Assembly (NCBI GenBank): GCA_963837955.1
Contig: CAWIPH010000002.1
Span: forward strand, 320,001-384,000
Length of the DNA stretch: 64,000 nt
Reading direction: 5' to 3'
Source of the DNA: an uncultured Verrucomicrobiae bacterium
Lineage (GTDB): Bacteria; Verrucomicrobiota; Verrucomicrobiia; Chthoniobacterales; JAFAMB01
Part shown: in pieces, positions 20,388 through 32,414 of the stretch
How positions within the stretch are numbered: the stretch's first letter is position 1
Layout: each line of letters opens with the position of its first letter
The notes under the pieces: generated by a model
The model's database searches: none
What the model saw: the letters and a program-made list of their open reading frames with translations, nothing else
Told to the model about the DNA's origin: nothing
Program-made: the position numbers and the translations under genes

Positions 20388-21005
20388 CTAGCTAGCAATT
20401 TTCGAAGTGGGCTTCAGATTAAGACGTGTTTGCAACTCCGATTCCAAAAAGCTCAAGTCGTTGCGCGTCGCGAACCAACCCGCCAATGGAAGCAAGATAA
20501 GAATCCCCAGGACGATGTTCATCAACAAAAGAGCGAGCTGCATGTAGAAAGCTGCGTGCCCGGGGTCGAAATTAATATTAACGGGATAGGTCAGCACCGT
20601 GACGACGCCGAAGAGTCCGGCGACGACTAGGAACAGAACCGCCCAGCCAATTTTAATCGCTAGCGGAGCGCCACCTTCCAGCAGTAGTTCGCTTCCACTG
20701 CCCTTCGAAGAAACGGTACCATGGAGCGCCGGCTTAAACCAAAAACCTGGAGTCAACGCAGTCAAATACCACGGACCTCTGAGACGTTTTCGCAAATGAA
20801 AGTCGTGACCCTCTACTCGGCCGATTATGGGCCGTTCGCCCTTGCATAACGACGGTCGGTAGGGGTCGATTTCCTCGCTATCAATGAATTCGTTGAGCCG
20901 GGATAGAATCTCGGACGGGGCAGAAGAGGCTAGAAATAGCTGGAACATTCGCGTGATAATTAAGGACAGATTTCTTCTCTTCCTTTTCTCGCTTGGTCCT
21001 GTCAA
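20388..21005 (-). CDS. Hypothetical membrane protein
   Basis: Open 205-aa frame with two C-terminal TM segments; start uncertain. Confidence 0.6.
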   Translation of the reverse strand: MTGPSEKRKRRNLSLIITRMFQLFLASSAPSEILSRLNEFIDSEEIDPYRPSLCKGERPIIGRVEGHDFHLRKRLRGPWYLTALTPGFWFKPALHGTVSSKGSGSELLLEGGAPLAIKIGWAVLFLVVAGLFGVVTVLTYPVNINFDPGHAAFYMQLALLLMNIVLGILILLPLAGWFATRNDLSFLESELQTRLNLKPTSKIAS

Positions 21006-21038
21006 GCCAAAGCTATTTTATTCGGCCGATCCTTCCCC

Positions 21039-21272
21039 TTACGGTCCCGGTCCGAATGGCCAGGGATCCTCAAATCCGCTAGTGTTTCTATTATACTTCG
21101 CCGGGCCGAAATGCACATTGTTCCATTCTTTTTTGACCGGCGGATTGTTCGGATCGGTCTTGGGATGAGCGCACCCGGCCAACAGAACGGCGCAAACCAT
21201 GGTCAGCCCGGGATTGATCTGCGATCGTTGGCCCAAAAACTTAGCTTGAGAGATGAGCCGCACAGAGCGCAT
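21039..21272 (-). CDS. Small lipoprotein
   Basis: Lipobox VLLAGC, short Pro-rich mature part ending FEDPWPFGP; start uncertain. Confidence 0.55.
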   Translation of the reverse strand: MRSVRLISQAKFLGQRSQINPGLTMVCAVLLAGCAHPKTDPNNPPVKKEWNNVHFGPAKYNRNTSGFEDPWPFGPGP

Positions 21273-21510
21273 TGAAGCAGGTTCGATCTTTCGAGCAAGG
21301 TGGATTTTAGAAATGGAACCGCCGCGGATTCGCAAAAATTCTCCGGGAAGTATGGAACCTCGATCATTCGGTGCTTGGCAAAACTCCGTAATATTCCGGT
21401 AGAGCTTTTCTTGTCGAAGCGGCTATATCCGTTAGATCATAGGCCTTGTCGCCGTGAAATATAAGAGACCGCCGCTTAAGGATGTCGGCTTGCCGGCTTG
21501 GTAATAACGA

Positions 21511-22578
21511 ATGGATTGGACGCTGCCCAAATTTGCCGCCGGTTTAGGGGCGCTGACGGCCTGCGGTTATTTATTGTCCCGATATTTAAACTATCATCCC
21601 AAAGCGGTGGAACAGAAGCCGGTCTTCAATGTCGGCACACCACCGCTGTTATCGGCTGGCCAAACGATCAAGGTCATTACGTACAATGTGCAGTTCTGCG
21701 CCAGCGCACGTTACCACTTTTACTATGATGGCGGCCCGGACACGATAGTAACTGTCCGCGACATCCGAGCTACTCTTAAGCAAATCGCCGAGTTCTTGAG
21801 CGCAGAAGAACCGGACTTCGTGCTCCTGCAAGAGGTTGACCAGGGTGCGCGCCGTACTGCTTATTTCGATGAGACCCGATTATTGCAAGAGGCGCTCCCA
21901 GCCGAGCTGCGCAGCTGCACTGCCGCGGACTATTGGCGCTCGAAATTCGTTCCTCACCCCAGTATCATGGGGTCGGTCGGTACGCAGCTTGTTGTTTTTT
22001 CGCGTTATCAGCTTGGTCGAGCCCACCGCTACCGATTGCCGGTTCGCAGCGGCAATCCGATCGAACAAGACTTTTTCTTAAAACGAGCGATCCTTAAAGT
22101 CGAAGTACCGTTTGCCGAAGGCGGTCGCTTTGTGATTCTCAACACTCACTTGGAGGCATTTAGCCGCGAAACGGATCTTATGGAGCGGCAGGTCGGCAAG
22201 GTGCTGGCGGAATTGGCAGCTTTAGACCGCGAAAATCTGCCCTGGATTATCGGCGGAGATTTCAATCTGTTGCCACCCGATCAGTATGCCCGTCTAGAAC
22301 CTGATGCACGAGGTAGGCACAGCGATCCTTCCGCGATCATCCCACTATTTGAGCGTTATCACGGTATTCCGACAGTGAGCGCCGCCGTTGGAAGGAATAT
22401 GCAAGATTTCTTTACGTTTTCACAACGTGCCGGAGCGGGGCGGGTACCGGTGCGAACGCTCGATTACCTGTTTGCAGCCTCCAATGTGCAGGTCGAGCGT
22501 TACGAAGTCCGGCAGAAAGGGATGCTTGAGATGTCTGATCACCTTCCGCTGGTTGCAGGGTTTAAGCTGCCTGGCTGA
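21511..22578 (+). CDS. Endonuclease/exonuclease/phosphatase family protein
   Basis: TYNV, LQEVD, NTHLE, GGDFN, LDY, SDHLP. Confidence 0.92.
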   Translation: MDWTLPKFAAGLGALTACGYLLSRYLNYHPKAVEQKPVFNVGTPPLLSAGQTIKVITYNVQFCASARYHFYYDGGPDTIVTVRDIRATLKQIAEFLSAEEPDFVLLQEVDQGARRTAYFDETRLLQEALPAELRSCTAADYWRSKFVPHPSIMGSVGTQLVVFSRYQLGRAHRYRLPVRSGNPIEQDFFLKRAILKVEVPFAEGGRFVILNTHLEAFSRETDLMERQVGKVLAELAALDRENLPWIIGGDFNLLPPDQYARLEPDARGRHSDPSAIIPLFERYHGIPTVSAAVGRNMQDFFTFSQRAGAGRVPVRTLDYLFAASNVQVERYEVRQKGMLEMSDHLPLVAGFKLPG

Positions 22579-22673
22579 CCCTGCGGTAACTGGCGCGGAA
22601 GCGAGAATAATAGGCAGGAGTTTTGGAGTAATGGCTGACCAGCTCTTTCTTATTTCTCATCCATCATTCTCGC

Positions 22674-23846
22674 CTAGAGGTAGCGGAGCCACACCTGATC
22701 GTGTGATCTCTTGTACCGGCCGTAGGCCAGACAAGCCGGGTAAAGAAGCGCGATAACTAGCGCCCAAATCAGCACGACCCACACCAAGGACAGTCCATAA
22801 TGCTCTGGGTGGCCGGGAAGAGTCTTGGACCAGAATATGCCGGGTCCTTGGTAGAGCCATTCCGCATGCCCGAATCGGATATAGGCAAGGATCAACGCCA
22901 ACGCGTGAATGAGAACGATATGCGTCAGATAGAAGAAAAGGGGTGCTCGACCAAGACTTACCAAAAAACTCGTCACGAATGCCGGAACGAAATCCATGAA
23001 CGCCAAAAAGCAAAACATGACGCCGAGCGTCATTAGCAGGAAATCAACCGACGGGGGGTATTTCTCCAGATTGATGAATGAAAGAAAGGCCGTTCCCGGC
23101 TGCGTGGCTACCCATGCGTTTGGGTCGCCCAAGTTAAGAGAGCGAACACAAATGAACGCAACCAGAAGAATCGAACCGATCAACAGGATCGGGCGGCGGA
23201 GTTCAGAGACCCCTTTTTTTAGAAGAGAAATAACAACGGCGATACCGTAGCCGAATGCCATAACGCCGAACCAGGGCAGGACCGGGTAAGAGACATAGAA
23301 ATGCCAACCGGCAGACTCCAGGTCGTCGGAACGAAGTAGCATCGTCCACCACCATTCATTTCCAACGAGGCTCGCCAACAGTTGATGCCCGAACATAAGC
23401 GCGAGGCCTATGATCAAGATCCAGGTCGGCGCGACTCTCACAGCGAGAACCAACGCTAAGAGTACCATTGCCCAACCGGTGCCCCATAAAATCCCACCAT
23501 TCATGTAATGGTAATCAAAATTAAAATACCAACCGAAGCAGCGCAGAAGCGTTTGCTCCAATACCACTAACCAGACACCGCGAGTTGCGAGGTTCACCAA
23601 AAAGCCGGCATCGATAAGGCGAGAACGCGTCGCCAGCGCCACGCTCATTCCGGCGAGGCAGACGAAGGTCGGCGCGCAGAAGTGCGTCAGCCAGCGCGCC
23701 AAGAAAAGCGCGATATTAGTGTGACTCAAATCAAGAGCATCAATCGAGTGATCACCAAAATAATCCCGGGTGTGATCGAGCGCCATGAACACGATGGCCA
23801 AACCGCGCAGTGCGTCGATTTCGGAAAGCCGTTCGCTCTTAGACAT
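22674..23846 (-). CDS. DUF1624 / heparan-alpha-glucosaminide N-acetyltransferase-like membrane protein
   Basis: IDALRGLAIVFMALDH, RWLTHFCAP.F, KYPPS. Confidence 0.85.
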   Translation of the reverse strand: MSKSERLSEIDALRGLAIVFMALDHTRDYFGDHSIDALDLSHTNIALFLARWLTHFCAPTFVCLAGMSVALATRSRLIDAGFLVNLATRGVWLVVLEQTLLRCFGWYFNFDYHYMNGGILWGTGWAMVLLALVLAVRVAPTWILIIGLALMFGHQLLASLVGNEWWWTMLLRSDDLESAGWHFYVSYPVLPWFGVMAFGYGIAVVISLLKKGVSELRRPILLIGSILLVAFICVRSLNLGDPNAWVATQPGTAFLSFINLEKYPPSVDFLLMTLGVMFCFLAFMDFVPAFVTSFLVSLGRAPLFFYLTHIVLIHALALILAYIRFGHAEWLYQGPGIFWSKTLPGHPEHYGLSLVWVVLIWALVIALLYPACLAYGRYKRSHDQVWLRYL

Positions 23847-24113
23847 CGGGCGTGATATTGCCCATTGAAGGTTAGGGAGGCAACGTTTTCAGCCAACGAT
23901 TGCCGCCGCGGACATCGGTTCCGAAATTGCCCAAGGTTGATCGATCCTTGACCGGGGGACCTGCGATCTCTGACGGCCTGAGCGACGTTACGATCGTGAG
24001 AATTCGTTCGCGAAGAGCTTGACTCATTGGCTCAGCCGCGCGTAGTGAACAGTTCGCGTTTTGGGGCCCTCTACTCGGATTTCTCTTCACATTCACAGCG
24101 CTTCTTTCAAGCC

Positions 24114-25016
24114 GTGGCTGCAATTACACTTGCATTTCTCAATTTCAAAGGTGGTGTCGGTAAGACGACGAACGTCGTCAATATTTCCACTTTACTCGCC
24201 CGTGATCCCCGGGTGGGCGGAAAGCGCGTCCTCGTCGTTGATTTGGATCCTCAATGCAATAGCAGTTTTCTATTACTGACCCGACAACGCTGGATGGAGG
24301 TCCGCGATCAAGGTAAGACCGTTGATCGGGTTTTTGGTGATCCCAAAGAGATGCGAAATCCGGAAGCCGATTTGAGCCGGCTCGTGACCTCCGCTTTCAC
24401 CGACCACACTACCCAATCGTGCTTGGACATTGTCGCTTGCTCGATGGATGCGATCAAATGGACGCAGGATCCGGGTCTATTGAGCCGCTCCACGCATTTT
24501 CGCTTCCTGTTTCTCGCTCTGGCTTCGGTCCGGGAAGCATACGATTTCATCATTCTCGATTGCGGGCCTTCTTTCAACGTGCTGACAAGAAACGCGCTGC
24601 GTGCTGCCGACTACGTTCTCATGCCTTATACGCCCGATTTTTTGGCGCTAGAGGGGATCAAACTTCTGGGCGCTCTTTCTCGCGAGTTTGCGGCAGAGGT
24701 GCAGTTGCACTCACCGGAGTCAAAGACGGCGAGACCCTTGGGTGTAATCGTGAATCGATATCGCACGAATACTTCTGCTTCTCGCTCATCGGTGCAAGAG
24801 CTGCGCGACGTCGTCGAACAAATGCGAACCTCGGAACTCTTACCGAAGTTCACCACCGTTTTTGAGCCATATCTACAAGAGGCCACGATAGTCAACGATG
24901 CGGCAAACGGGCAAACCACGTTGCTCGATTATGGCGCCGACGCGCCCATTACGGAGTCTTACCGCAAGCTGACGAGTTCCATTGTCGAAGTCATCCGAGG
25001 ACTCGGCCATGAGTGA
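24114..25016 (+). CDS. ParA/Soj-family ATPase (orphan)
   Basis: Deviant Walker A KGGVGKTT, DLDPQ, ILDCGP. Confidence 0.92.
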   Translation: MAAITLAFLNFKGGVGKTTNVVNISTLLARDPRVGGKRVLVVDLDPQCNSSFLLLTRQRWMEVRDQGKTVDRVFGDPKEMRNPEADLSRLVTSAFTDHTTQSCLDIVACSMDAIKWTQDPGLLSRSTHFRFLFLALASVREAYDFIILDCGPSFNVLTRNALRAADYVLMPYTPDFLALEGIKLLGALSREFAAEVQLHSPESKTARPLGVIVNRYRTNTSASRSSVQELRDVVEQMRTSELLPKFTTVFEPYLQEATIVNDAANGQTTLLDYGADAPITESYRKLTSSIVEVIRGLGHE

Positions 25017-25653
25017 AACGGATCCGATGGCGATAATCAATGAAGCGATCGAACAGATTCATGAAGCTCTGAACCGGTTCGAGGCGGATAGCGCTCTCCT
25101 CAAACCTGCCGCAATCTCCTCGCTCTCAAGATTGGTGAATGATACGGCGGCCCGTCTTCAGGAAACACTGGGAATCGACTCATCTGTCGATCGTCAAATG
25201 TTCTCTCGATTGCTCCCGGAGTGGCTTGACGCCTGGCGGCAGAGCCAGACCAACATGAACGCGCTTTGTGTCCAGCAATTGACACGCGGATTACCGGCCA
25301 AGAGCAGCGTCAAAGCTGCCAACTGGTGGAAGAGAAGATTATTGGCTGAACTCTTGCAGACAAAGGATCCGGCTGCGGTTCGTGAGCTGCTGGAAGCCGC
25401 CAAACCGGTAGAAAAACCCGCAAAAACCCCTGACGGACCGCTAGTGAAAGCTCCTGAAGTCAATGCGACACTGAAGACCTGGGGTCAGATGAACTTCGAA
25501 GAGTTTCTGGATGCCTTCCCGAGCTGCGCGAAGTCGATTGTTCGAGAAGCGGCCAGGCTACGGGGACTGAAGGGTAAATTCACCACTAAAGCAGAAAAGA
25601 GGCGCCTACATGAGGAGGCGAAACGCTTCTATCAGAATACTACGCTGGGCTGA
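25009..25653 (+). CDS. Hypothetical helical protein coupled to ParA
   Basis: ATG overlaps the end of parA; no ParB motif recognised. Confidence 0.7.
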   Translation: MSETDPMAIINEAIEQIHEALNRFEADSALLKPAAISSLSRLVNDTAARLQETLGIDSSVDRQMFSRLLPEWLDAWRQSQTNMNALCVQQLTRGLPAKSSVKAANWWKRRLLAELLQTKDPAAVRELLEAAKPVEKPAKTPDGPLVKAPEVNATLKTWGQMNFEEFLDAFPSCAKSIVREAARLRGLKGKFTTKAEKRRLHEEAKRFYQNTTLG

Positions 25654-25741
25654 ATGTTCGAACTCGAAACGCCGATTGGATTTTCTCTCGGTTTTCGTTT
25701 TGACCGAATAACGGCCTCCTGTTAGCTCTTCGGCAACCCCT

Positions 25742-26188
25742 ATGATCATGAAGGTCGTTGTCGCGATTGCTGCACTGTTAGCTTCTGTTCCGGTTGTACG
25801 AGCGGATTCGTGCGATGATCTCAACAAGCTTTTTGATGACGGATTTCCGAAGGTGGGTATTCAGATCGACAAGGCGAGTCAGGTTGCTAACGCGAAAGAG
25901 CTGGCTGGCGCTCTCAATCAGGTTGCGGACACGCTCGGGTCTTATCGCCAAAAATTTACCGCGATCGTGGCGGACGCCCAGAAGAAATCCGGCAATGGCA
26001 GTTCCGGTCTGGATGACTGTTTGACTGCTATACGCCGTTTTCACGTTTTTCTGAAGCAGCTCCAAGCTGGAGTTGACGAACTGAAAGCGATTTTCCCGAA
26101 GTACGTGGCTGACGCGGACGTAGCGGCTGCATTTAACCGAATTCAGGACTCAACTCGCACGCAAACGCCGACGCCGGCCCAGCATTAA
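25742..26188 (+). CDS. Secreted helical protein
   Basis: Signal peptide ending VRA; amphipathic helices. Confidence 0.65.
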   Translation: MIMKVVVAIAALLASVPVVRADSCDDLNKLFDDGFPKVGIQIDKASQVANAKELAGALNQVADTLGSYRQKFTAIVADAQKKSGNGSSGLDDCLTAIRRFHVFLKQLQAGVDELKAIFPKYVADADVAAAFNRIQDSTRTQTPTPAQH

Positions 26189-26512
26189 GGATCGGCGATG
26201 TCCGAGAGAGCCTTCGATGCATCTCAACGGCTGTTCCTCCGGCGACGTCTTCGCGATCCGTTTCGGCTCGCGCTCGACCAAAGCGACGATCGGCGAATAC
26301 TTATTTGAGCTGAAAGGATGGTTGCGGAGATCCGAATGTGGCTTAAGTATTCGCCCTGCCAATCCTGGGCGGCGACCGCAGTATGCACGATCGCCAATCG
26401 TGCATTCTTGTCCGCGAGCTGCTATCCTAGTGTGACATTGTCGCGAATCGCGTCTCACAAGTGATTGCCAAAGTATTTTGCCGGCCGGCTCAGCAGATTC
26501 ATCTTGAATAGT

Positions 26513-28090
26513 ATGAAAGGATCAGCTCGCGTGCGCCCAACCAACGGTCTACCAGAGGCGTACTGGTCCGTAGGCGATTCGGATCTGACGGTCGATCAGT
26601 TGCGGGAGATTCTCGCGAACGATCGGCCACTGCGTCTCGCAGGTGCTGCTCACGATCGGATTGGTCGGTCCAGGCGAATTGTTGAACAGTTGGCAGAAGG
26701 ACCCGGAGCTCTATACGGGATTAACACGGGCTTCGGCGTTTTGGCGCACCAACGCATCCCGCCATCGGACCTGGAGCAGCTGCAAGAGAATCTGATTTTG
26801 AGCCACGCGGTGGGAGTGGGCGACGAAGTCCCCGCCGAAATCGTTCGCCTCATGTTGTTGTTGAAAGCGCAAGGACTTGCTCTTGGGTATTCTGGTGCTC
26901 GCGTTGAAGTGATCGATTACCTGATCCGTTTCTTTAACGAAGACTTTATTCCGATCATCTTTACCAAAGGATCGTTAGGAGCTTCTGGCGATCTTGCTCC
27001 GCTTGCGCATCTAACATTGCCGGCGCTCGGATTTGGTAACGTGGACTTCAAAGGTTCCCGTATTTCGGCAAAAGTTGGGCTGCAAAGATTGGGACTCGAG
27101 CCGCTCAGGTTGAAGGCAAAAGAGGGACTGGCTCTGATCAATGGAACGCAGTTCATGAGTGCCTACGCGGTCCATTCCCTGATTCGGATCCGGTTGCTGT
27201 TGGCAACAGCAGATCTTGCCGCTGCCATGACCCTGGAATCGATTCGCGGAAGCGCCGCTCCGTTCAACGCTCGAATTCACGAGGCCCGACCGCATCCTGG
27301 CCAATTAAGAACCGCTGCAAATATGCGGCAGCTGTTGATCGGATCCGAGATTCTGCCTTCTCATCTCGATTGCCCGAAGGTTCAGGATCCTTATTCGGTT
27401 CGGTGTGTGCCGCAGGTGCACGGAGCCGCTAGGGATGCATATACCCATGCGCTGCGGGTAGTGGAAATCGAGATCAATTCGGCTACTGACAATCCGCTCG
27501 TTTTCCGGGAAGGCGATATACTCAGCGGAGGTAATTTTCACGGAGAACCGCTGGCGTTAGTTCTCGATTATTTGGCGATGGCCGTAGCAGAGATTGCCTC
27601 CATCTCCGAGCGCCGGCTTTATCTCATGCTGGGGGGAGATACCTTAGGCGACCTAAAACTCCCTCGTCTCCTCATGAAGGATACCGGATTGAACTCCGGC
27701 TTCATGCTGCCGCAGTACACGGCGGCAGCACTCGCTTCCGAAAATAAGATTCTCGCGCATCCAGCCTCGGTTGATTCCATTCCAAGTTCTTTAGGACAAG
27801 AAGACCACGTTTCGATGGGCGCTACTAGCGCGACCAAGCTCTTGGAAATCGTGAAGAACGCGGAAACAGTTCTGGCCATTGAATTGATGAGCGCCGCCCA
27901 AGCCCTCGATTTCATTCATCCGCTTAAGGCTGGGAAAGGAGTTGAAGCCGCCCACGCCGAAATCCGAAAGTCGATTTCCTTTGCGGAATCGGACCGACTC
28001 TTTCACGACGACATTCAATGCGCTTTGCGGCTGGTCCGCAGCGGTGCGTTGGTCCAAGCAGCAGAGCAGAGCGTCGGACCTTTCACCTAG
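26513..28090 (+). CDS. hutH: Histidine ammonia-lyase
   Basis: [17 protein letters not shown] (MIO), [15 protein letters not shown]. Confidence 0.96.
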   Translation: MKGSARVRPTNGLPEAYWSVGDSDLTVDQLREILANDRPLRLAGAAHDRIGRSRRIVEQLAEGPGALYGINTGFGVLAHQRIPPSDLEQLQENLILSHAVGVGDEVPAEIVRLMLLLKAQGLALGYSGARVEVIDYLIRFFNEDFIPIIFTKGSLGASGDLAPLAHLTLPALGFGNVDFKGSRISAKVGLQRLGLEPLRLKAKEGLALINGTQFMSAYAVHSLIRIRLLLATADLAAAMTLESIRGSAAPFNARIHEARPHPGQLRTAANMRQLLIGSEILPSHLDCPKVQDPYSVRCVPQVHGAARDAYTHALRVVEIEINSATDNPLVFREGDILSGGNFHGEPLALVLDYLAMAVAEIASISERRLYLMLGGDTLGDLKLPRLLMKDTGLNSGFMLPQYTAAALASENKILAHPASVDSIPSSLGQEDHVSMGATSATKLLEIVKNAETVLAIELMSAAQALDFIHPLKAGKGVEAAHAEIRKSISFAESDRLFHDDIQCALRLVRSGALVQAAEQSVGPFT

Positions 28091-28104
28091 TTAGGAAAAA
28101 ATCA

Positions 28105-29769
28105 ATGAAAACTGACACCCGAACGATTCGATCTCCGCGTGGTCGGGAAATTTCCTGTCGCGGTTGGCAGCAGGAAGCCGCGCTGCGCTGCCTCATGAAT
28201 AATCTCGATCCCGAGGTCGCCGAAAAGCCGGAAGAGCTCATAGTTTATGGCGGTCGCGGGAAAGCGGCTCGTTCGTGGGAAGCTTTTCACCTGATTACGC
28301 GGGAGCTTCAGCGTTTGGAAAATGACCAAACCTTGCTCGTGCAATCCGGAAAGCCAGTCGCGGTTTTCGAGACGCACGAAGAGGCGCCCCGGGTGCTGAT
28401 TGCCAATTCCAATCTGGTAGGGGCTTGGTCGGATTGGGCAAATTTCGATAAACTGGAGCGAGCCGGGTTAACGATGTACGGACAAATGACCGCGGGAAGT
28501 TGGATCTATATTGGATCTCAAGGCATCGTTCAGGGAACTTTCGAGACCTTTGCGGCGGTTGCTGATCGCCATTTCTCCGGCGATCTGAGCGGACGTTTAG
28601 TGCTCACCTGCGGTCTTGGAGGAATGGGAGGTGCTCAACCATTGGCGATCACATTGAATGGCGCCGTCGCACTCTGTATTGAGGTTGATCCAACACATAT
28701 CGCTCGTCGGGTCCAAACCGGCTATTGCGATCGAATGACCCAAAATTTTGATGAAGCGATTGCTTGGTGCGAGGAAGCAGTTCGCTCTCAGAAACCACTT
28801 TCCGTGGGTCTGGTCGGCAACGCTGCCGAGCTAGTGCCGAAGATCACTGTCAGCGATCTGAGAATTGATGTCGTGACTGATCAAACCAGCGCGCATGATC
28901 CTCTGTTTGGCTATATTCCTGCGGGCCTCACGTTAGATGAAGCCGCTAATCTAAGAACCAAACGGCCAGAAGAATATCTCGAACGCGCCGGCCAGTCGAT
29001 GGCAGTTCATGTTGAAGCGATATTACAGCTGAAACGTCGCGGTGCCGTTGCCTTTGATTATGGGAATAACCTTCGGAAACGCGCCTTTGATGCTGGAGTA
29101 AAGGATGCTTTCGAAATTCCAGGTTTTGTTCCGGAATACATTCGACCTCTGTTTTGCCAAGGCAAAGGTCCCTTCCGATGGATCGCTCTCTCTGGAAATC
29201 CTGACGATATTCGAAAAACGGACGATCTTGCTCTGAGTCTTTTCCCGAAAGATCAAACGCTTAGCCGCTGGTTTGGACTGGCCCAAAAGAAGATTCAATT
29301 TCAAGGATTGCCGGCGCGGATTTGTTGGCTCGGGCAAGGAGATCGCGCGGAGATGGGAGTGCAGATGAATCACCTCGTGAAAAAAGGCGAGCTGGATGCG
29401 CCGGTGGCCATCGGGCGCGACCACCTGGATACCGGATCGGTGGCGTCACCTTATCGTGAAACCGAGGCGATGAAGGATGGGTCCGACGCTATTGCGGATT
29501 GGCCGATCTTGAACGCGCTGCTGAATACCGCGAGTGGAGCGAGCTGGGTCTCGGTGCACCACGGTGGCGGTGTGGGCATCGGATATTCTTTGCACGCCGG
29601 CCAAGTGAGCGTGGCGGACGGTTCGCAATTGGCAGAGCGCAGACTTCGACGGGTGCTAACCAACGATCCCGGAATTGGAGTCGCGCGGCATGTCGATGCC
29701 GGATACGAAGATGCCGTCCGAAGTGCTCGGGAGCACGATATCCGGATTCCCGGACTCGAACCGCAGTAG
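28105..29769 (+). CDS. hutU: Urocanate hydratase
   Basis: [32 protein letters not shown]. Confidence 0.97.
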   Translation: MKTDTRTIRSPRGREISCRGWQQEAALRCLMNNLDPEVAEKPEELIVYGGRGKAARSWEAFHLITRELQRLENDQTLLVQSGKPVAVFETHEEAPRVLIANSNLVGAWSDWANFDKLERAGLTMYGQMTAGSWIYIGSQGIVQGTFETFAAVADRHFSGDLSGRLVLTCGLGGMGGAQPLAITLNGAVALCIEVDPTHIARRVQTGYCDRMTQNFDEAIAWCEEAVRSQKPLSVGLVGNAAELVPKITVSDLRIDVVTDQTSAHDPLFGYIPAGLTLDEAANLRTKRPEEYLERAGQSMAVHVEAILQLKRRGAVAFDYGNNLRKRAFDAGVKDAFEIPGFVPEYIRPLFCQGKGPFRWIALSGNPDDIRKTDDLALSLFPKDQTLSRWFGLAQKKIQFQGLPARICWLGQGDRAEMGVQMNHLVKKGELDAPVAIGRDHLDTGSVASPYRETEAMKDGSDAIADWPILNALLNTASGASWVSVHHGGGVGIGYSLHAGQVSVADGSQLAERRLRRVLTNDPGIGVARHVDAGYEDAVRSAREHDIRIPGLEPQ

Positions 29770-29772
29770 ATT

Positions 29773-31020
29773 ATGAGAGAGACCCAGGAGTTCGCCGTCG
29801 CGAATTGTGGGCAATTACTCACGTTAGCCGGACCGGCCTCAGCTCGGCGAGGCGCAGCGATGCGCGACTTGGGAATTCTAAATGACGGCGCAATGTTGGT
29901 TCGAGATGGGCGCGTCGCGTTGACCGGAACTTGGAATGAGGTCCGAGCAGCCGCTGGCGCATCGAGTGAGGAGGTAGATGCGGGCGGGCGGCTGGTCACC
30001 CCCGGTTTCGTGGATGCACACACCCATCTGGTTTTTGGAGGGAATCGGGTTCAGGAATTTGAACGGCGGGCGGGTGGCGAATCGTATCAATCTATCGCGG
30101 CCGGGGGCGGTGGTATTTTGTCCACGGTACGCCAGACCAGAGCGGCCTCTGAAGGTGAATTGGAAGAAAGTGCGCGCCATAGGCTCCGCTGGGCGATTCG
30201 GAATGGGACAACGACCATGGAAATCAAGTCGGGTTACGGTCTTTCGCTGGTAGATGAGATCAAAATTCTGAGCGTGGCACGGCGTCTCAACGACGCGATC
30301 CGCGTTGTGCCTACGTTCCTGGGCGCGCACGAGATTCCGGAAGAGTTTCGGACGAATCGTTCTGGCTACGTTGATTTGGTCGTCAATGAGATGCTACCGG
30401 CCATCCGCCAACTGGCAGAGTACATGGATGTATTTTGCGAGTCGCATGTGTTTAGCCTGGATGAGACCGCTCAGATTGTCCGTGCAGCCCAGGCTCTTGG
30501 CCTGCCGGCGCGATTGCATGTCGATCAGCTCAAAGACTCAGGAGGCGCTGCTCTGGCTGCTTCGCTTGGCGCTGTGACAGCGGATCATCTCGAATGCACG
30601 AGTAGCTCGGGTATCGAAGCCTTGGTCCGAGCGAACGTCCAACCGGTGCTCCTCCCCGGTTCAGTGTATGCTCTTGGTTCCCATCGCTATCCATTGGCGC
30701 GAGAGATGATCGCCGCGGGCCTTCCGCTCGTGCTCGCCACCGATTTCAATCCGGGATCTTCTCCGACTCCTTCGATCCCGATGATCATTTCACTTGCTGT
30801 CACTCAGATGAAGTTGAGCGTCGCGGAAGCGGTCACCGCCGTAACGGTAAACGCTGCCTACAGCTTATCGCGTGGGCATTTGCTTGGCTCGCTCGAGCCG
30901 GGAAAAGCGGCAGACTTCGTTATCCACCAGTTCAACGATTACCGCGAGCTTGGGTATTATTTCGGCGTCGAGCCGGCCGAGCAGGTTTTTATGGGAGGCC
31001 GTCGCGTCTATGCTCGGTGA
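29773..31020 (+). CDS. hutI: Imidazolonepropionase
   Basis: PGFVDAHTH, EIKSGYGL, GAH, ATDFNPGSSP. Confidence 0.96.
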   Translation: MRETQEFAVANCGQLLTLAGPASARRGAAMRDLGILNDGAMLVRDGRVALTGTWNEVRAAAGASSEEVDAGGRLVTPGFVDAHTHLVFGGNRVQEFERRAGGESYQSIAAGGGGILSTVRQTRAASEGELEESARHRLRWAIRNGTTTMEIKSGYGLSLVDEIKILSVARRLNDAIRVVPTFLGAHEIPEEFRTNRSGYVDLVVNEMLPAIRQLAEYMDVFCESHVFSLDETAQIVRAAQALGLPARLHVDQLKDSGGAALAASLGAVTADHLECTSSSGIEALVRANVQPVLLPGSVYALGSHRYPLAREMIAAGLPLVLATDFNPGSSPTPSIPMIISLAVTQMKLSVAEAVTAVTVNAAYSLSRGHLLGSLEPGKAADFVIHQFNDYRELGYYFGVEPAEQVFMGGRRVYAR

Positions 31021-32414
31021 GAAAGGCTGGTTGCCCGACTATCTCTATGTGGATGGGGAGATCGTTGCGGACTGCGCCCTCTTTTGTGATGAGCATGGAG
31101 TCATCGCGCGATTTTCTCGGGACCGATCGGATTTGCTTAAAGCCCATCGGCTCAAACGCCGTCTGGTAATCCCGGGATTGGTCAACGGTCATTCTCACAC
31201 CTTCCAGCGAGCGATTCGTGGACGAACTGAATTTCGCGGGACAGCCGAACCAGACACGTTCTGGACCTGGCGCGAAAAGATGTATTCAGCTGCTTGTAGG
31301 ATGAAGCCGGCCGAGATCTTCGAAACGGCTCGGATGGCTTTTTTGGAGATGGCTCTCTCCGGGATTACGGCCGTAGGAGAGTTTCATTACCTGCACCATC
31401 AAGCAGATGGGACTCCTTACCGGGATCGCAATCTGTTGGCGAAGCTGATTATCCAGGCCGCCCGCGAGGTCGGCATCCGCATTGCCCTGTTGCGGACCGC
31501 CTACAGTCGAGCTGGGTTTAAGAGGGCGCCGAACCCGGGACAGGCTCGGTTCATCACGCCTGAGCCGAAAGATTTCATTGAGGACACCGAAACGTTGTTC
31601 AGTTGGATCCAAGGAGAGCGTTTGGATGACTCGGTGACGGTCGGGGTCGCCCCGCATAGTTTGCGGGCGGTTCCACTCGAGCATGTGCGTTTAGTCGCGG
31701 AATACGCGAATGGGCGCGGACTTCCGCTACACATGCATATCGCGGAACAGCCTGCGGAAATCGAGCAGTGCCGCACCGAATATGGGCGATCACCAGTCGA
31801 GCTTCTTGGCGATGAAGGGATCTTGAACGAGCGATTCACCGCCATCCACGCTATTCACATCTCGGAAACCGAGGCGCGATCCCTTGCGCTGTCAAAAAGC
31901 TGTGTCTGCGCCTGCCCGACTTCGGAACGGAATTTAGCCGATGGAGCTGTGCCGGCCGATTGGCTGCTTCGAGAAGGTGGCCGGATTTCATTGGGCACCG
32001 ATAGCCAAATCCAGATTGATCTCTTCGAAGACGCACGATTGATAGAATATCACTTGCGGATGGCTAGCCTGGAGCGCGTCCGTCTAGCATCCGGAGACTG
32101 GCCGCGATTTGACGCGGACCCTGTTTGCTATGGCGACCAAGGAGGGCGCCCGAAGTTTGCGCTTACCCGTCGGAGATTTAGCGGTCGGACACCCCGCCGA
32201 TTTCGTGGCGGTCGACTTGGATGATCCAAGTGTGGCTGGAGGTGAGCCCCATGCGCTTCTGGAACAATTGCTGTTTTCGCTGGAGCGAACCGCTGTGCGA
32301 GAAGTTTTCGTCCAGGGCAAACCGATTATCGAAGAGGGTCGGCATCGAGATCAGACAGAGATCGTGGCTAAATTCACAGAGTTACAAAAACGGCTCTGGT
32401 GTCAGGAGGATTAA
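31010..32414 (+). pseudogene. hutF: Formimidoylglutamate deiminase with +1 frameshift near 32090-32110 (possibly a sequencing error)
   Basis: NGHSHTFQRAIRG, DTFWTWRE.MY, EFHYLHH, CPTSERNLADG; the C-terminus (ATKEGARSL...G.PADFV) lies in ORF 32109-32414. Confidence 0.88.
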
